A DNA stretch of 64,000 bases from an uncultured Alphaproteobacteria bacterium (GCA_902574475.1 CACGNZ010000003.1:17798-81797), one strand, 5' to 3'; positions 27,145 through 36,224 are shown, counted from the stretch's first letter. Made by a program: numbers and translations. Notes: generated by a model not told the origin, from the letters alone.

Positions 27145-28104
27145 ATGAAATCTTATTCTTTATGGATTGATAAAAAAAAACAAGCTAAAATTTATCAAAA
27201 AAAACTTGTTTACAATAAAAATAACAAAACTGTTTTAGTTAAAACTATATACTCAGGTATTAGTAAGGGAACTGAAAAAATAGTTTCATCTAAAAGCGTA
27301 AGTCAGGATCAATTTGAATTAATGAAAGCCCCTTTTCAAGAGGGTTCTTTTAATTTACCTATAAAATATGGTTATATAAATGTTGGAAATATTATCGATG
27401 GTCCAAAAAAATATATAAATAAAAAAATATTTAGTCTTTATCCTCATCAAGATTTATATGAAATTTCTATTAAAAATTTAATTTTTCTACCAAATGAAAA
27501 TTTGCGAAAATATATTCTAACTGCAAATATGGAAACAGCAATTAATATCTTTTGGGACGCCCAATCTAAAAGTAATAACAAAATTCTAATTGTAGGTCTT
27601 GGCACTGTAGGATTATTAACTGCATTTTTTTTTAAAATTAATGGATATAAAAATGTTTATGTTTTTGATAATAATAAAAATAAAAGAAAAATTGCCAATT
27701 ATTTAGGATTAAATTTTATTGATATAAGAAAGATTGAGAAAATAGATGTAGCAATAAACACTACCGCTAATTATAAAGTTTTAAATTCTTTAATGGAAAA
27801 ATTATCTATCGAAGGAAAAATAGTAGAAGCTAGTTGGTATGGTAAAAATAAAGGAGAAGTTGCCTTAGGTGGGTATTTTCATTCTAAAAGATTAAAAATT
27901 ATTAGCTCACAGGTATCTAAAATCCCAAAATACATGAAAAATAAATATGATTTTGAGGGGAGATTAAAATTAGCAATTAAATCTTTAAAAAATTCAAAAT
28001 TAGAAAAATTAATTACTAGTGAAAGTAATTTTTTTGATTTAGAAAAAGATTACTATAAAATCCTTCAAAATAAGGATACTATAATGCATCTAGTTAAATA
28101 TTAA
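27145..28104 (+). CDS. MDR-superfamily dehydrogenase/reductase lacking the catalytic-zinc Cys/His motif
   Basis: GroES-like N-domain with SGISKGTE in place of GICG(S/T)D. Rossmann motif VGLGTVGLL. Confidence 0.7.
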   Translation: MKSYSLWIDKKKQAKIYQKKLVYNKNNKTVLVKTIYSGISKGTEKIVSSKSVSQDQFELMKAPFQEGSFNLPIKYGYINVGNIIDGPKKYINKKIFSLYPHQDLYEISIKNLIFLPNENLRKYILTANMETAINIFWDAQSKSNNKILIVGLGTVGLLTAFFFKINGYKNVYVFDNNKNKRKIANYLGLNFIDIRKIEKIDVAINTTANYKVLNSLMEKLSIEGKIVEASWYGKNKGEVALGGYFHSKRLKIISSQVSKIPKYMKNKYDFEGRLKLAIKSLKNSKLEKLITSESNFFDLEKDYYKILQNKDTIMHLVKY

Positions 28105-28106
28105 TT

Positions 28107-28505
28107 ATGTATTCGATAAAAGTAAGAGAAAATATTCTAATAGCCCATTCTTTACCTGGAGAAGTATTTGGACCAGCCCAAAATATGCATGGAGCTACAT
28201 ATTTAGTAGATGCTGAATTTTTCACTGATAAACTTAATAAATACAATATAATTATGGATTTAGGAATAGTGTCCACGACTTTAAAAGATATTCTTAAAAT
28301 ATATAATTATCAAAATTTAGACGAAATTGATGAATTTAAGGGAAAAATTACCTCAACAGAGTTTTTAGCACAGGATATTTGCAATAAGATCTTGAATAGA
28401 CTAAGAAATGAATTCTCTGAAGATTACAAATCTTTAAAAAAAATTAAAATAACCTTGCAAGAATCAAATGTTGCATGGGCATCATATGAAAAAGAGGTTA
28501 TCTAA
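28107..28505 (+). CDS. T-fold protein of the 6-pyruvoyl-tetrahydropterin synthase/QueD family, atypical active site
   Basis: ILIAHSL, MHGATY (HGA instead of HGH) and ITSTEFLAQ (TxE-type C-terminal motif). No Cys in the usual catalytic position. Confidence 0.7.
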   Translation: MYSIKVRENILIAHSLPGEVFGPAQNMHGATYLVDAEFFTDKLNKYNIIMDLGIVSTTLKDILKIYNYQNLDEIDEFKGKITSTEFLAQDICNKILNRLRNEFSEDYKSLKKIKITLQESNVAWASYEKEVI

Positions 28506-29532
28506 AAATAAATCTGATATTTATTTTGTTTATCCAGGAAATATTAATGCAAAAACTGGAGGATATATTTATGAAAAAAATATCCTAGAATATGCAAAGA
28601 TAAGATCTATAAATATTAGAACAATTGCTCTAAGTGAAAATTATCCTTTTCCTACAAATAACGATATAAAATATTTTCTAAAAATTTTAGATAAAATTGA
28701 TCCAGACTCTAAAATTATCATAGATGGATTAGCTTTAGAAGGAATGTATTCAATTTTTAAAAAATTACTAACTTATAATGTCATCGCGCTAATACATCAT
28801 CCTTTATATCTTGAATTTAAAAGTCATAGGTCAAAAAAATTCTTACGATTAGAAAAAGAAAATTTCAAAAAAATAAATAAATTTATTGTGACTTCTAAAA
28901 ATACAAAAAATTTATTAATAAATGAATTTAAGGTACTAAATAATAAAATTTCTGTAGTTGAACCTGGTATAGAAAGACTTGCAAAATATAATTTTAAAAA
29001 TAATAGTAAAATTCATCTTTTAACATGTGGAAGTGTAATAAATAGAAAAAATTATCTTTTTTTATTAAAAGTTTTAAAGCCTTTAGATAATTTTATTTTA
29101 GAAATTGTTGGTGATACTACAAGAGATATAAGTTATTACAAAAAAATCAAAAAATTTATTTCTAAAAATTCAATGAACAGAAAAATAATATTCCATGGTA
29201 CTATTTCAGATACAAAATTAGCTAAATTATATTCTAAAACAGATTGTTACATTTCGGTAAGTAAATATGAAGGTTTTGGTATGTCTTTAGCAAATGCATT
29301 AATAATTAAAAAGCCAATTATAACCTTTTTTACTGATACTATTTTAAATACACTAGGAAAAAAGGGTGTTATTTATTTCAAAAAATTTGAAGTAAATGAT
29401 CTAAGAAATATAATTATTAAAAATATATTAAATAAAAAAAATTTTAAAAAACTAAATATTGATATCCATAAAAATAAAAGATATCTTCTTACTCCTCTTG
29501 AGTCAGCTAAGAAATTTGTTAAATTAATTTAA
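28486..29532 (+). CDS. Glycosyltransferase, GT-B fold (GT1/GT4-like)
   Basis: C-terminal SVSKYEGFGMSLANALIIKKPII (E-x7-E-type sugar-donor region). ATG 28486 is preferred over the track start 28468. Confidence 0.75.
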   Translation: MKKRLSKNKSDIYFVYPGNINAKTGGYIYEKNILEYAKIRSINIRTIALSENYPFPTNNDIKYFLKILDKIDPDSKIIIDGLALEGMYSIFKKLLTYNVIALIHHPLYLEFKSHRSKKFLRLEKENFKKINKFIVTSKNTKNLLINEFKVLNNKISVVEPGIERLAKYNFKNNSKIHLLTCGSVINRKNYLFLLKVLKPLDNFILEIVGDTTRDISYYKKIKKFISKNSMNRKIIFHGTISDTKLAKLYSKTDCYISVSKYEGFGMSLANALIIKKPIITFFTDTILNTLGKKGVIYFKKFEVNDLRNIIIKNILNKKNFKKLNIDIHKNKRYLLTPLESAKKFVKLI

Positions 29533-29533
29533 T

Positions 29534-30322
29534 ATGCATGAATTTCAAAATAAATGGTTAAATCTTAGAGAAACTGTCGATAGAAATTCAAGAAACAAAA
29601 GAATACTATATTTAATTAATAAATTTTTTAAAAATAAAAAAAATATTAGAATTGTTGACTTAGGTTCAGGTGCTGGATCTAATTACAGATTTTTAAAGTC
29701 ACGAATATTAAATAATCAATATTGGTATTTTGTAGACATATCACATCAATCAACAAATTATTTTAAAAAAAATATAAAATTATCATCTAAAATAAAAAAA
29801 ACTAATTTTAAAATTGTTGATGTAATTAATAATCTAGAAAAAATAAATTTTAATGATTATAATTTAGTTACAGGATCTGCTTTTTTAGATATTCTTCCAA
29901 AAACATGGTTTAAAAATTTTCATAAATTAAATGTTGATACAGAAATTGTCTACTTTGCCTTAAATTATAACGGTAATTTTAAATTTTCTCCAAAACATAA
30001 GGATGATAAAAAAATTCTTAATATTTTTAATAAAGATCAAAAATCTGACAAAGGAATAGGGGAAGTGGCCGTTGGACCAGATTGTACTGAATTAATAAAT
30101 AAAGTATTTAAAAGAACTCACAAAACATATGTTTTAGATTCTACGTGGGATGTTTGTAAGAATTATGAATTTCAAATTTATTTCTTAAATTTTTGTAGAG
30201 AAATTATTCAAAAAAATAAACTTAACTTTGATGATTGGTTAAAATTTCGTTTAAAATGTATTAAAGAAAAAAATTCTAGATTTATTTTAAATAATACAGA
30301 TTTTTTAGCTATTAAGAAATAA
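29534..30322 (+). CDS. Class I SAM-dependent methyltransferase
   Basis: Motif I IVDLGSGAGSN; 262 aa. Confidence 0.75.
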   Translation: MHEFQNKWLNLRETVDRNSRNKRILYLINKFFKNKKNIRIVDLGSGAGSNYRFLKSRILNNQYWYFVDISHQSTNYFKKNIKLSSKIKKTNFKIVDVINNLEKINFNDYNLVTGSAFLDILPKTWFKNFHKLNVDTEIVYFALNYNGNFKFSPKHKDDKKILNIFNKDQKSDKGIGEVAVGPDCTELINKVFKRTHKTYVLDSTWDVCKNYEFQIYFLNFCREIIQKNKLNFDDWLKFRLKCIKEKNSRFILNNTDFLAIKK

Positions 30323-31138
30323 ATTAACAATAATTTCATTATCTAATTCATTAAAATTATGTTTTGGTCTGATAGCTTTATTGAGATTTGAAATTTCTTT
30401 TAAATTTAATGAATTAATTCCTGAACCTATTAATATTGGGGCAATCATAAATTGAAGAATATCAATATATTTATTATTTATTAATTCTGAAATAGTTTTT
30501 GATCCTCCCTCTACTAAAATATTTTTATATTTAAGTTTTTTTATTTGCTTAATTAAGTTTTTAGTAAAATTTTTTTCTTTTAATCTAATTATTGTTGAAT
30601 TATTCAATCTAATATTTTTATTACTTTTTGTAAAAATTATATTTTCATTACTGTCATTAAATATTTTATATTTGTTATTTAGAGAAAGACTACCATCGAT
30701 AATAATTCTTTTTGGATTTGTGCCCTTTATTTTTCTTGTTGTTAATAGTGGATCGTCTTTTTTAATGGTATTTGAGCCTACAATAATTGCATCACTGATA
30801 CTTCGTAAACAATGTAGATAAATTATACTCTTGGGATTATTTATGAAATGTGAATTACCATTATTTAATGCAATTCTACCATCAATACTTTGTCCTATCT
30901 GAGCTATAACTAATTTTTTGTTTTTTCTTAATATCGGGAGAAGGATATTTAAGATTGATTGATAATATTTACTTATATTAATTTTAAATTCCAGATTATT
31001 ATTTTTTATGTAAAAATTACTTTTTCTTTTTGATGATAAAGAAATACTATTTTTTTTAACCAATAAATATAAATCACTATTCTTTTTAGAATTTTTTATA
31101 AAATCTAGTAATATTCCTATATTTTTTGATGTAATCAT
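30305..31138 (-). CDS. RibD C-terminal-domain (pyrimidine reductase) family protein without a deaminase domain
   Basis: VIAQIGQSIDGRIAL, DAIIVGSNTIKKDDPLLTTR, ILVEGGSKT. The N-terminal ~70 aa lack HAE/PCxxC deaminase motifs. Confidence 0.8.
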   Translation of the reverse strand: MITSKNIGILLDFIKNSKKNSDLYLLVKKNSISLSSKRKSNFYIKNNNLEFKINISKYYQSILNILLPILRKNKKLVIAQIGQSIDGRIALNNGNSHFINNPKSIIYLHCLRSISDAIIVGSNTIKKDDPLLTTRKIKGTNPKRIIIDGSLSLNNKYKIFNDSNENIIFTKSNKNIRLNNSTIIRLKEKNFTKNLIKQIKKLKYKNILVEGGSKTISELINNKYIDILQFMIAPILIGSGINSLNLKEISNLNKAIRPKHNFNELDNEIIVNLFLNS

Positions 31139-31174
31139 TTGTTTTTATTACAATTATATCTATATAAAGTTTTC

Positions 31175-32296
31175 ATGAGTTTCAAATCTAATACAGGAAC
31201 TATAATAGACAGGGCAATTAACGAACTCAGGACCGGAAGACCCTTAATAATTAAGAATAACAAGGAATATTGGATGTTCTTTAATATAGAGCATTCCCAA
31301 AGTAAAATTTTTAATCAATTCAATAAGCACTTAGTTGATGAAAAATACTTACTTATTACTAAACAAAAAGCTCAATCAATTTTTAATAAGAATATTAAAA
31401 GTAATATTTATTTTGAAATAAATCCCAAAACAGATGTAAATCAAATAATAAATTTATTTGTCAATCCTCTTAGCAACAATAAAGTAATTAAATTTACCAA
31501 TATTAAAAAATTCAAAGCTAAAAATTTTCATAATGTTTGTATTGATCTTTCCAAAAATGCTAAAATGATACCATCTCTAGTTTTTAAAAAAATTAATAAA
31601 AAAAATTACAAAAATATAAATGAATTTGGATTTAAAAATGGAATTTTAATATTTGATTACAAAGATTTATTGAAGCAAAATGAATTAATTTGTGAAAGTA
31701 TCAAATTAGTTTCTAGTGCAAAAGTTCCACTACCAAAAAATGAAAATTCTAATTTTAAAATATTCAAATCATATATTGGATCTGATAAACATGTAGCGAT
31801 AATTGTTAATCCAAAAAAAATAAATAAAAAATCTGTTAATTTAAGAATACATTCAGCTTGTTTTACAGGTGATATTTTTCATTCTTTAAAATGTGATTGC
31901 GGTGAACAGTTAAATCAATCAATCAATTACATGGTTAGAAATAATGGTGGAATTATATTATATTTAGAACAAGAAGGTAGAGGAATAGGATTAGCTAATA
32001 AAATGAGAGCCTATTCTCTTCAAGCAAGGGGTATGGATACAATAGACGCCGATCATAATATTGGTTTTTTAGATGATGAAAGAGATTTTAATATTGCAGC
32101 TAGAATACTTAAATTATTAAAAATAAATAAAGTTAATCTTATTACAAATAATAAAAATAAAATAAATTCTATTAAGAAAGCAGGAATTAAAGTTGAAAAT
32201 CAAATAAATACAAAGCCAACCTTAAATAAATTTAATAAAAATTATTTTAAAACAAGAGTAAAAAAAGCCGGGTATGGTCTTAAACTAGTAGTATAA
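31175..32296 (+). CDS. GTP cyclohydrolase II with a ~185-aa N-terminal extension (degenerate RibB-like)
   Basis: RIHSACFTGD…SLKCDCG (Zn Cys triad), EQEGRGIGLANKMRAYSLQ, DERDF. The N-terminus RAINELRTGRPLII resembles DHBP synthase but lacks the acidic DDEDRENEGD loop. ATG 31175 is preferred over TTG 31139. Confidence 0.85.
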   Translation: MSFKSNTGTIIDRAINELRTGRPLIIKNNKEYWMFFNIEHSQSKIFNQFNKHLVDEKYLLITKQKAQSIFNKNIKSNIYFEINPKTDVNQIINLFVNPLSNNKVIKFTNIKKFKAKNFHNVCIDLSKNAKMIPSLVFKKINKKNYKNINEFGFKNGILIFDYKDLLKQNELICESIKLVSSAKVPLPKNENSNFKIFKSYIGSDKHVAIIVNPKKINKKSVNLRIHSACFTGDIFHSLKCDCGEQLNQSINYMVRNNGGIILYLEQEGRGIGLANKMRAYSLQARGMDTIDADHNIGFLDDERDFNIAARILKLLKINKVNLITNNKNKINSIKKAGIKVENQINTKPTLNKFNKNYFKTRVKKAGYGLKLVV

Positions 32297-32298
32297 TT

Positions 32299-32742
32299 AT
32301 GAAAAAAATTCCTAAAATAAAACTACAATTAACAAACGACAATGAGTTTGATTCATCTAAATTGAAGAATAAAACAGTTTTATTCTTTTACCCTAAGGCG
32401 TTAACTGGTGGATGCTCAGTAGAAGTTGCAGATTTTCAGAAATATTTAACAAAATTTAATAAAATTGGCTTTCATGTAATAGGAGCTTCTAAAGATCCTG
32501 TTGATCGGAATAAAAAATTTTCAGATAAGTATAAATTGAAATACCCACTTGGTTCGGATGAAGGAAAAAATTGTGATAAACTTGGTATTTGGATAGAAAA
32601 ATCTATGTATGGTAGGAAATATTTTGGGATAGATAGATCTACATTTGTAATCGATAAAAATGGAAAAATTCTAAATTCTTGGAATAAAGTTAAAGTTAAA
32701 GGTCATGTTGAAGAAGTTTATAATTTTTGTAAGGATCAGTAA
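32299..32742 (+). CDS. bcp: Peroxiredoxin, Bcp/AhpC-TSA family
   Basis: FYPKALTGGCSVE (PxxxTxxC peroxidatic motif). Lies 2 nt after the GCH II gene. Confidence 0.8.
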   Translation: MKKIPKIKLQLTNDNEFDSSKLKNKTVLFFYPKALTGGCSVEVADFQKYLTKFNKIGFHVIGASKDPVDRNKKFSDKYKLKYPLGSDEGKNCDKLGIWIEKSMYGRKYFGIDRSTFVIDKNGKILNSWNKVKVKGHVEEVYNFCKDQ

Positions 32743-32746
32743 ATTC

Positions 32747-33640
32747 TTATTTAATTTTACCTATTTCTTTTTCTCTTTTGATTACAAATAAACCACTTAA
32801 TGTAATAATTATTGCACCAATAATCATATTATAAGTTGGAGTTTCACCTAGTATTAAATACCCAAAAATCATACCAAATATAATTACACTGTATCTTGCA
32901 GAGGCGGTTAATGAGAGTGGTGCATAAAAAACTGTTAATACTGAAAATAAATATCCAAATAAAACAAATATACTAGAAGCAAGAATATAATTTACATCTT
33001 CACTGCTTACTTGATAACCAAAAATAATTGAACCCAACCCTGCAAACCCAGTAATTAATAATGCTGTCACAAATGTAATTTCAACACTATTTGATTTAGT
33101 TGCTAAACTTTTTGTAGCAATGTCTCTAATAGTTAAAAAAATAGCAGCTAAAATTGGTAACACTAAAAGATAATTAAATTGAAAATTTTGTGGATTTACA
33201 ACTACTAATACACCTAAAAACCCAATGATAACTGCACACCATCTTCTTATACCAACTTTCTCTCCCAAAAAAAGAAAAGCAAATATTGTGACAAAGAAAG
33301 GATTAGTCATTAAAAGTGTATAAACCTCAGATATTGGCAATAATATTAATCCAACCAAAAAAAATAATGCCGTTAAAACTTCATACAAACCTCTTATATG
33401 AAAACTTTTGATTGATAGTATTTTAATTAAATTCTTTTTTTCGAAAAAGATTAAATATAAACCTAATAGACTTGATGTAACTAAACCTCTTAAAAAAATT
33501 ACAGAATATAATGAATTGTCATCACCTATATTTTTTACAACAAGTTTGACATAACTATCATTTATAGAGAATGATAATTGGCCAGCCATCATAAAAAGTA
33601 CACCTATCGTCCCAACTGAAAATAAGATCTTGCTTTTCAT
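32747..33640 (-). CDS. DMT-superfamily (EamA-type) transporter
   Basis: 297 aa, ~10 TM, two EamA-like halves. Confidence 0.8.
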   Translation of the reverse strand: MKSKILFSVGTIGVLFMMAGQLSFSINDSYVKLVVKNIGDDNSLYSVIFLRGLVTSSLLGLYLIFFEKKNLIKILSIKSFHIRGLYEVLTALFFLVGLILLPISEVYTLLMTNPFFVTIFAFLFLGEKVGIRRWCAVIIGFLGVLVVVNPQNFQFNYLLVLPILAAIFLTIRDIATKSLATKSNSVEITFVTALLITGFAGLGSIIFGYQVSSEDVNYILASSIFVLFGYLFSVLTVFYAPLSLTASARYSVIIFGMIFGYLILGETPTYNMIIGAIIITLSGLFVIKREKEIGKIK

Positions 33641-33664
33641 AATAAAAAAAAATATTTAACTGGT

Positions 33665-34999
33665 ATGTTACAAAGAAATATTTCCAGCCATTTATATGGA
33701 TTTACTGACTTGAAGTCATTAAATGAAAGAGGCCCTTTAGTTATTTCTTATGGAAAAGGAATATATGTTTACGATACTAAAGGTAATAAATATCTAGATG
33801 GGAATTCTGGTCTATGGAATCAGTGTGCTGGTTTTGACCATCCTGGATTAATTGAAGTTGCAAAAAAACAGTATGAAAAATTTGCTGGTTATCATTCTTT
33901 ATTTGGAAGATTGTCTGAAGAAACGTTGCAGCTATCTGAAAAAATAATTGAAGTATCACCTTTTGATCAAGGTCGTGTATTCTTTTGTAATTCAGGATCA
34001 GAAGCAAATGACACAATGGTTAAAATGCTATGGATGTTAAATGCAAGAATTGGAAAGCCAAATAGACGAAAAATTATAACAAGAATTAATGGCTATCACG
34101 GTGTTACTTTAGGAGCCTCTTCAATGACAGCGAAACCATATAATAAAGAATTTGGATTACCTTCAAAAGAATTCATTCATATTGAATGTCCTCATTATTG
34201 GAAATATGGATTAGAGAATGAAACTGAAGAAGAATTTTCTCTTAGGTTGGCGAAAAATTTAGAAGAAAAAATCATCAAAGAGGATCCAGAAACTATTGCA
34301 GGTTTTGTTGCGGAACCTGTTCAAGGTGCAGGAGGTTGTATACCTCCATCAAAATCATATTTTGATTTAGTTCAACCTATATTAAAAAAATATAATATTC
34401 CTTTTATTGCAGATGAAGTAATTTGTGGATTTGGTAGAACTGGAAATTTATGGGGCTGTGATACATACAATATCAAACCCGATATAATTATTTCATCTAA
34501 ATGTTTAACAGCTGGGTACTTTCCTATGGGAGCAGTCATTGTTAACAAAGAGTTTTCAGATAGATTTGTTGAAGTATCAGAAGAAGCAGAAGAATTTCCA
34601 CATGGTTTTACTGCAGGAGGTCATCCAGTTGGATGTGCAATAGCTCTAAAAGCTATAGATGTAATTATGAATGAAGGTTTATTAGAAAATGTAAAATTGA
34701 TGGAGCCATATTTTTTTGAAAGATTAAATGAATTTAATGAATATGATCATATAGGAGAAACAAGAGGTATTGGTCTCATGGCTGCACTAGAGATGGTAAA
34801 AAATAAAAATACAAAAGAACCATTTGAAGGTCATCTTAATATGGGAGATAAAGTTGCTAATTTATCAATTGATAATGGATTAATTTGTAGACCTTTAGGT
34901 CCTGCTATTGTTTTGTGCCCTCAATTTATAATAAATAAAAATCAAATTGATGAAATATTTGACTCTCTTCACAAAACTATAAAGCAAGTTTTTAATTAA
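33665..34999 (+). CDS. Class III aminotransferase (omega-amino acid:pyruvate type)
   Basis: NSGSEANDT, ADEVICGFGRTG, SSKCLTAGYFPMG (PLP Lys). Confidence 0.85.
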   Translation: MLQRNISSHLYGFTDLKSLNERGPLVISYGKGIYVYDTKGNKYLDGNSGLWNQCAGFDHPGLIEVAKKQYEKFAGYHSLFGRLSEETLQLSEKIIEVSPFDQGRVFFCNSGSEANDTMVKMLWMLNARIGKPNRRKIITRINGYHGVTLGASSMTAKPYNKEFGLPSKEFIHIECPHYWKYGLENETEEEFSLRLAKNLEEKIIKEDPETIAGFVAEPVQGAGGCIPPSKSYFDLVQPILKKYNIPFIADEVICGFGRTGNLWGCDTYNIKPDIIISSKCLTAGYFPMGAVIVNKEFSDRFVEVSEEAEEFPHGFTAGGHPVGCAIALKAIDVIMNEGLLENVKLMEPYFFERLNEFNEYDHIGETRGIGLMAALEMVKNKNTKEPFEGHLNMGDKVANLSIDNGLICRPLGPAIVLCPQFIINKNQIDEIFDSLHKTIKQVFN

Positions 35000-35295
35000 T
35001 TTTCGTACTTAACTATAAATCCTGAATACTTAACATTACTTATAATACTATTAGGTATAACGCCCTCGACCAAAGCTAGTGAAGGGCCATCTTTTGATTT
35101 TTCAGTTATAGATAAAATACTTTGCATATCACCTTGAATTATAGCCTCTACTTCATCTTTACTTTCTTTATTTTGGATATAACCGTTTAATCCTAAAGAG
35201 ATTGCTAAATCACTAAACCAATGTCTAAACCCAACTCCTTGAACTTTTCCTTTAATTATTAATCGATAGGTTTTAATTTCATTTGTATTCATCAA
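34996..35295 (-). CDS. acyP: Acylphosphatase
   Basis: GKVQGVGFRHW signature; 99 aa. Confidence 0.85.
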   Translation of the reverse strand: MMNTNEIKTYRLIIKGKVQGVGFRHWFSDLAISLGLNGYIQNKESKDEVEAIIQGDMQSILSITEKSKDGPSLALVEGVIPNSIISNVKYSGFIVKYEN

Positions 35296-35348
35296 ATTAA
35301 CAATATAAGTAATTTTTTATACATACAATCCTAATTTTAATTTAAAAT

Positions 35349-36224
35349 ATGTTTAATAAGCAAATAATATACTGCTCATCAGGAATAATTTTTGGCGGTT
35401 TATTTTTTGTAATTCATGATGCAATTATTAATCATTTATCTTATCTAAATTTTAAATTTTATCATCATATTGTTTTTGGAAGTCCATGGATGTTTTTATT
35501 ATTTATATATTTACTTTTATCAGGAAATTTTAAAAAACATCTTTCTTCATCAAATTACACAATCTTAATTATCAGAGGTGCTATTTTCTTACCTATACCG
35601 TTTATATTATTTGTTAGCTTACAAAATATTTCTTTAGCGGAATGGACAACTTTACATATGATCTCACCTATTTTGGGAATGATATTGGCTATAATTTTTT
35701 TAAAAGAAAAAATTAATTTATTTACAGTAATTTCAATAATTTTAGGCTTTACAGGGGTTTTATTTATACTTCAGCCAGGATTTAATAATTTTAATATTTA
35801 TTATTTAGGTCCATTATTTGGAGCTTTTACTTTAGCGTTACAAAGTTTTCTAGCAAATAAATTTAATAACATATGTTCTACTTTAGGTTTTTTTATATAT
35901 GGATTATTACCTGTTAACGTGTTGTCTTTCATTTTATTTTACAATGATCCATTAATTGATTTTGAATTAGTCAAATTATCATTATTTGCAAATTTTATTG
36001 TTTTAATTGGAATGTATCTTTTTACTTACGCTCTTCAAAATTCACAAAAACATTTTTCATCAGTTTTTGGCTTATTATATTTACAAATATTTTGGTCTTT
36101 TATTATTAGTGCATCTTTTTTTAATGAAAATATAAATATAATTGTAATTTCAGGAGCAATTTTTATTATAATTAGCGGCTTACTCTCTCTTCATGCACAA
36201 AAGAAACAATTAAATGATTATTAA
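35349..36224 (+). CDS. DMT-superfamily transporter, tandem paralogue 1
   Basis: 10-TM profile. Aligns end to end with the next ORF (e.g. LFILQPGFNNFNIYYL vs LFVIQPGFESFNIYYL). Confidence 0.7.
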   Translation: MFNKQIIYCSSGIIFGGLFFVIHDAIINHLSYLNFKFYHHIVFGSPWMFLLFIYLLLSGNFKKHLSSSNYTILIIRGAIFLPIPFILFVSLQNISLAEWTTLHMISPILGMILAIIFLKEKINLFTVISIILGFTGVLFILQPGFNNFNIYYLGPLFGAFTLALQSFLANKFNNICSTLGFFIYGLLPVNVLSFILFYNDPLIDFELVKLSLFANFIVLIGMYLFTYALQNSQKHFSSVFGLLYLQIFWSFIISASFFNENINIIVISGAIFIIISGLLSLHAQKKQLNDY

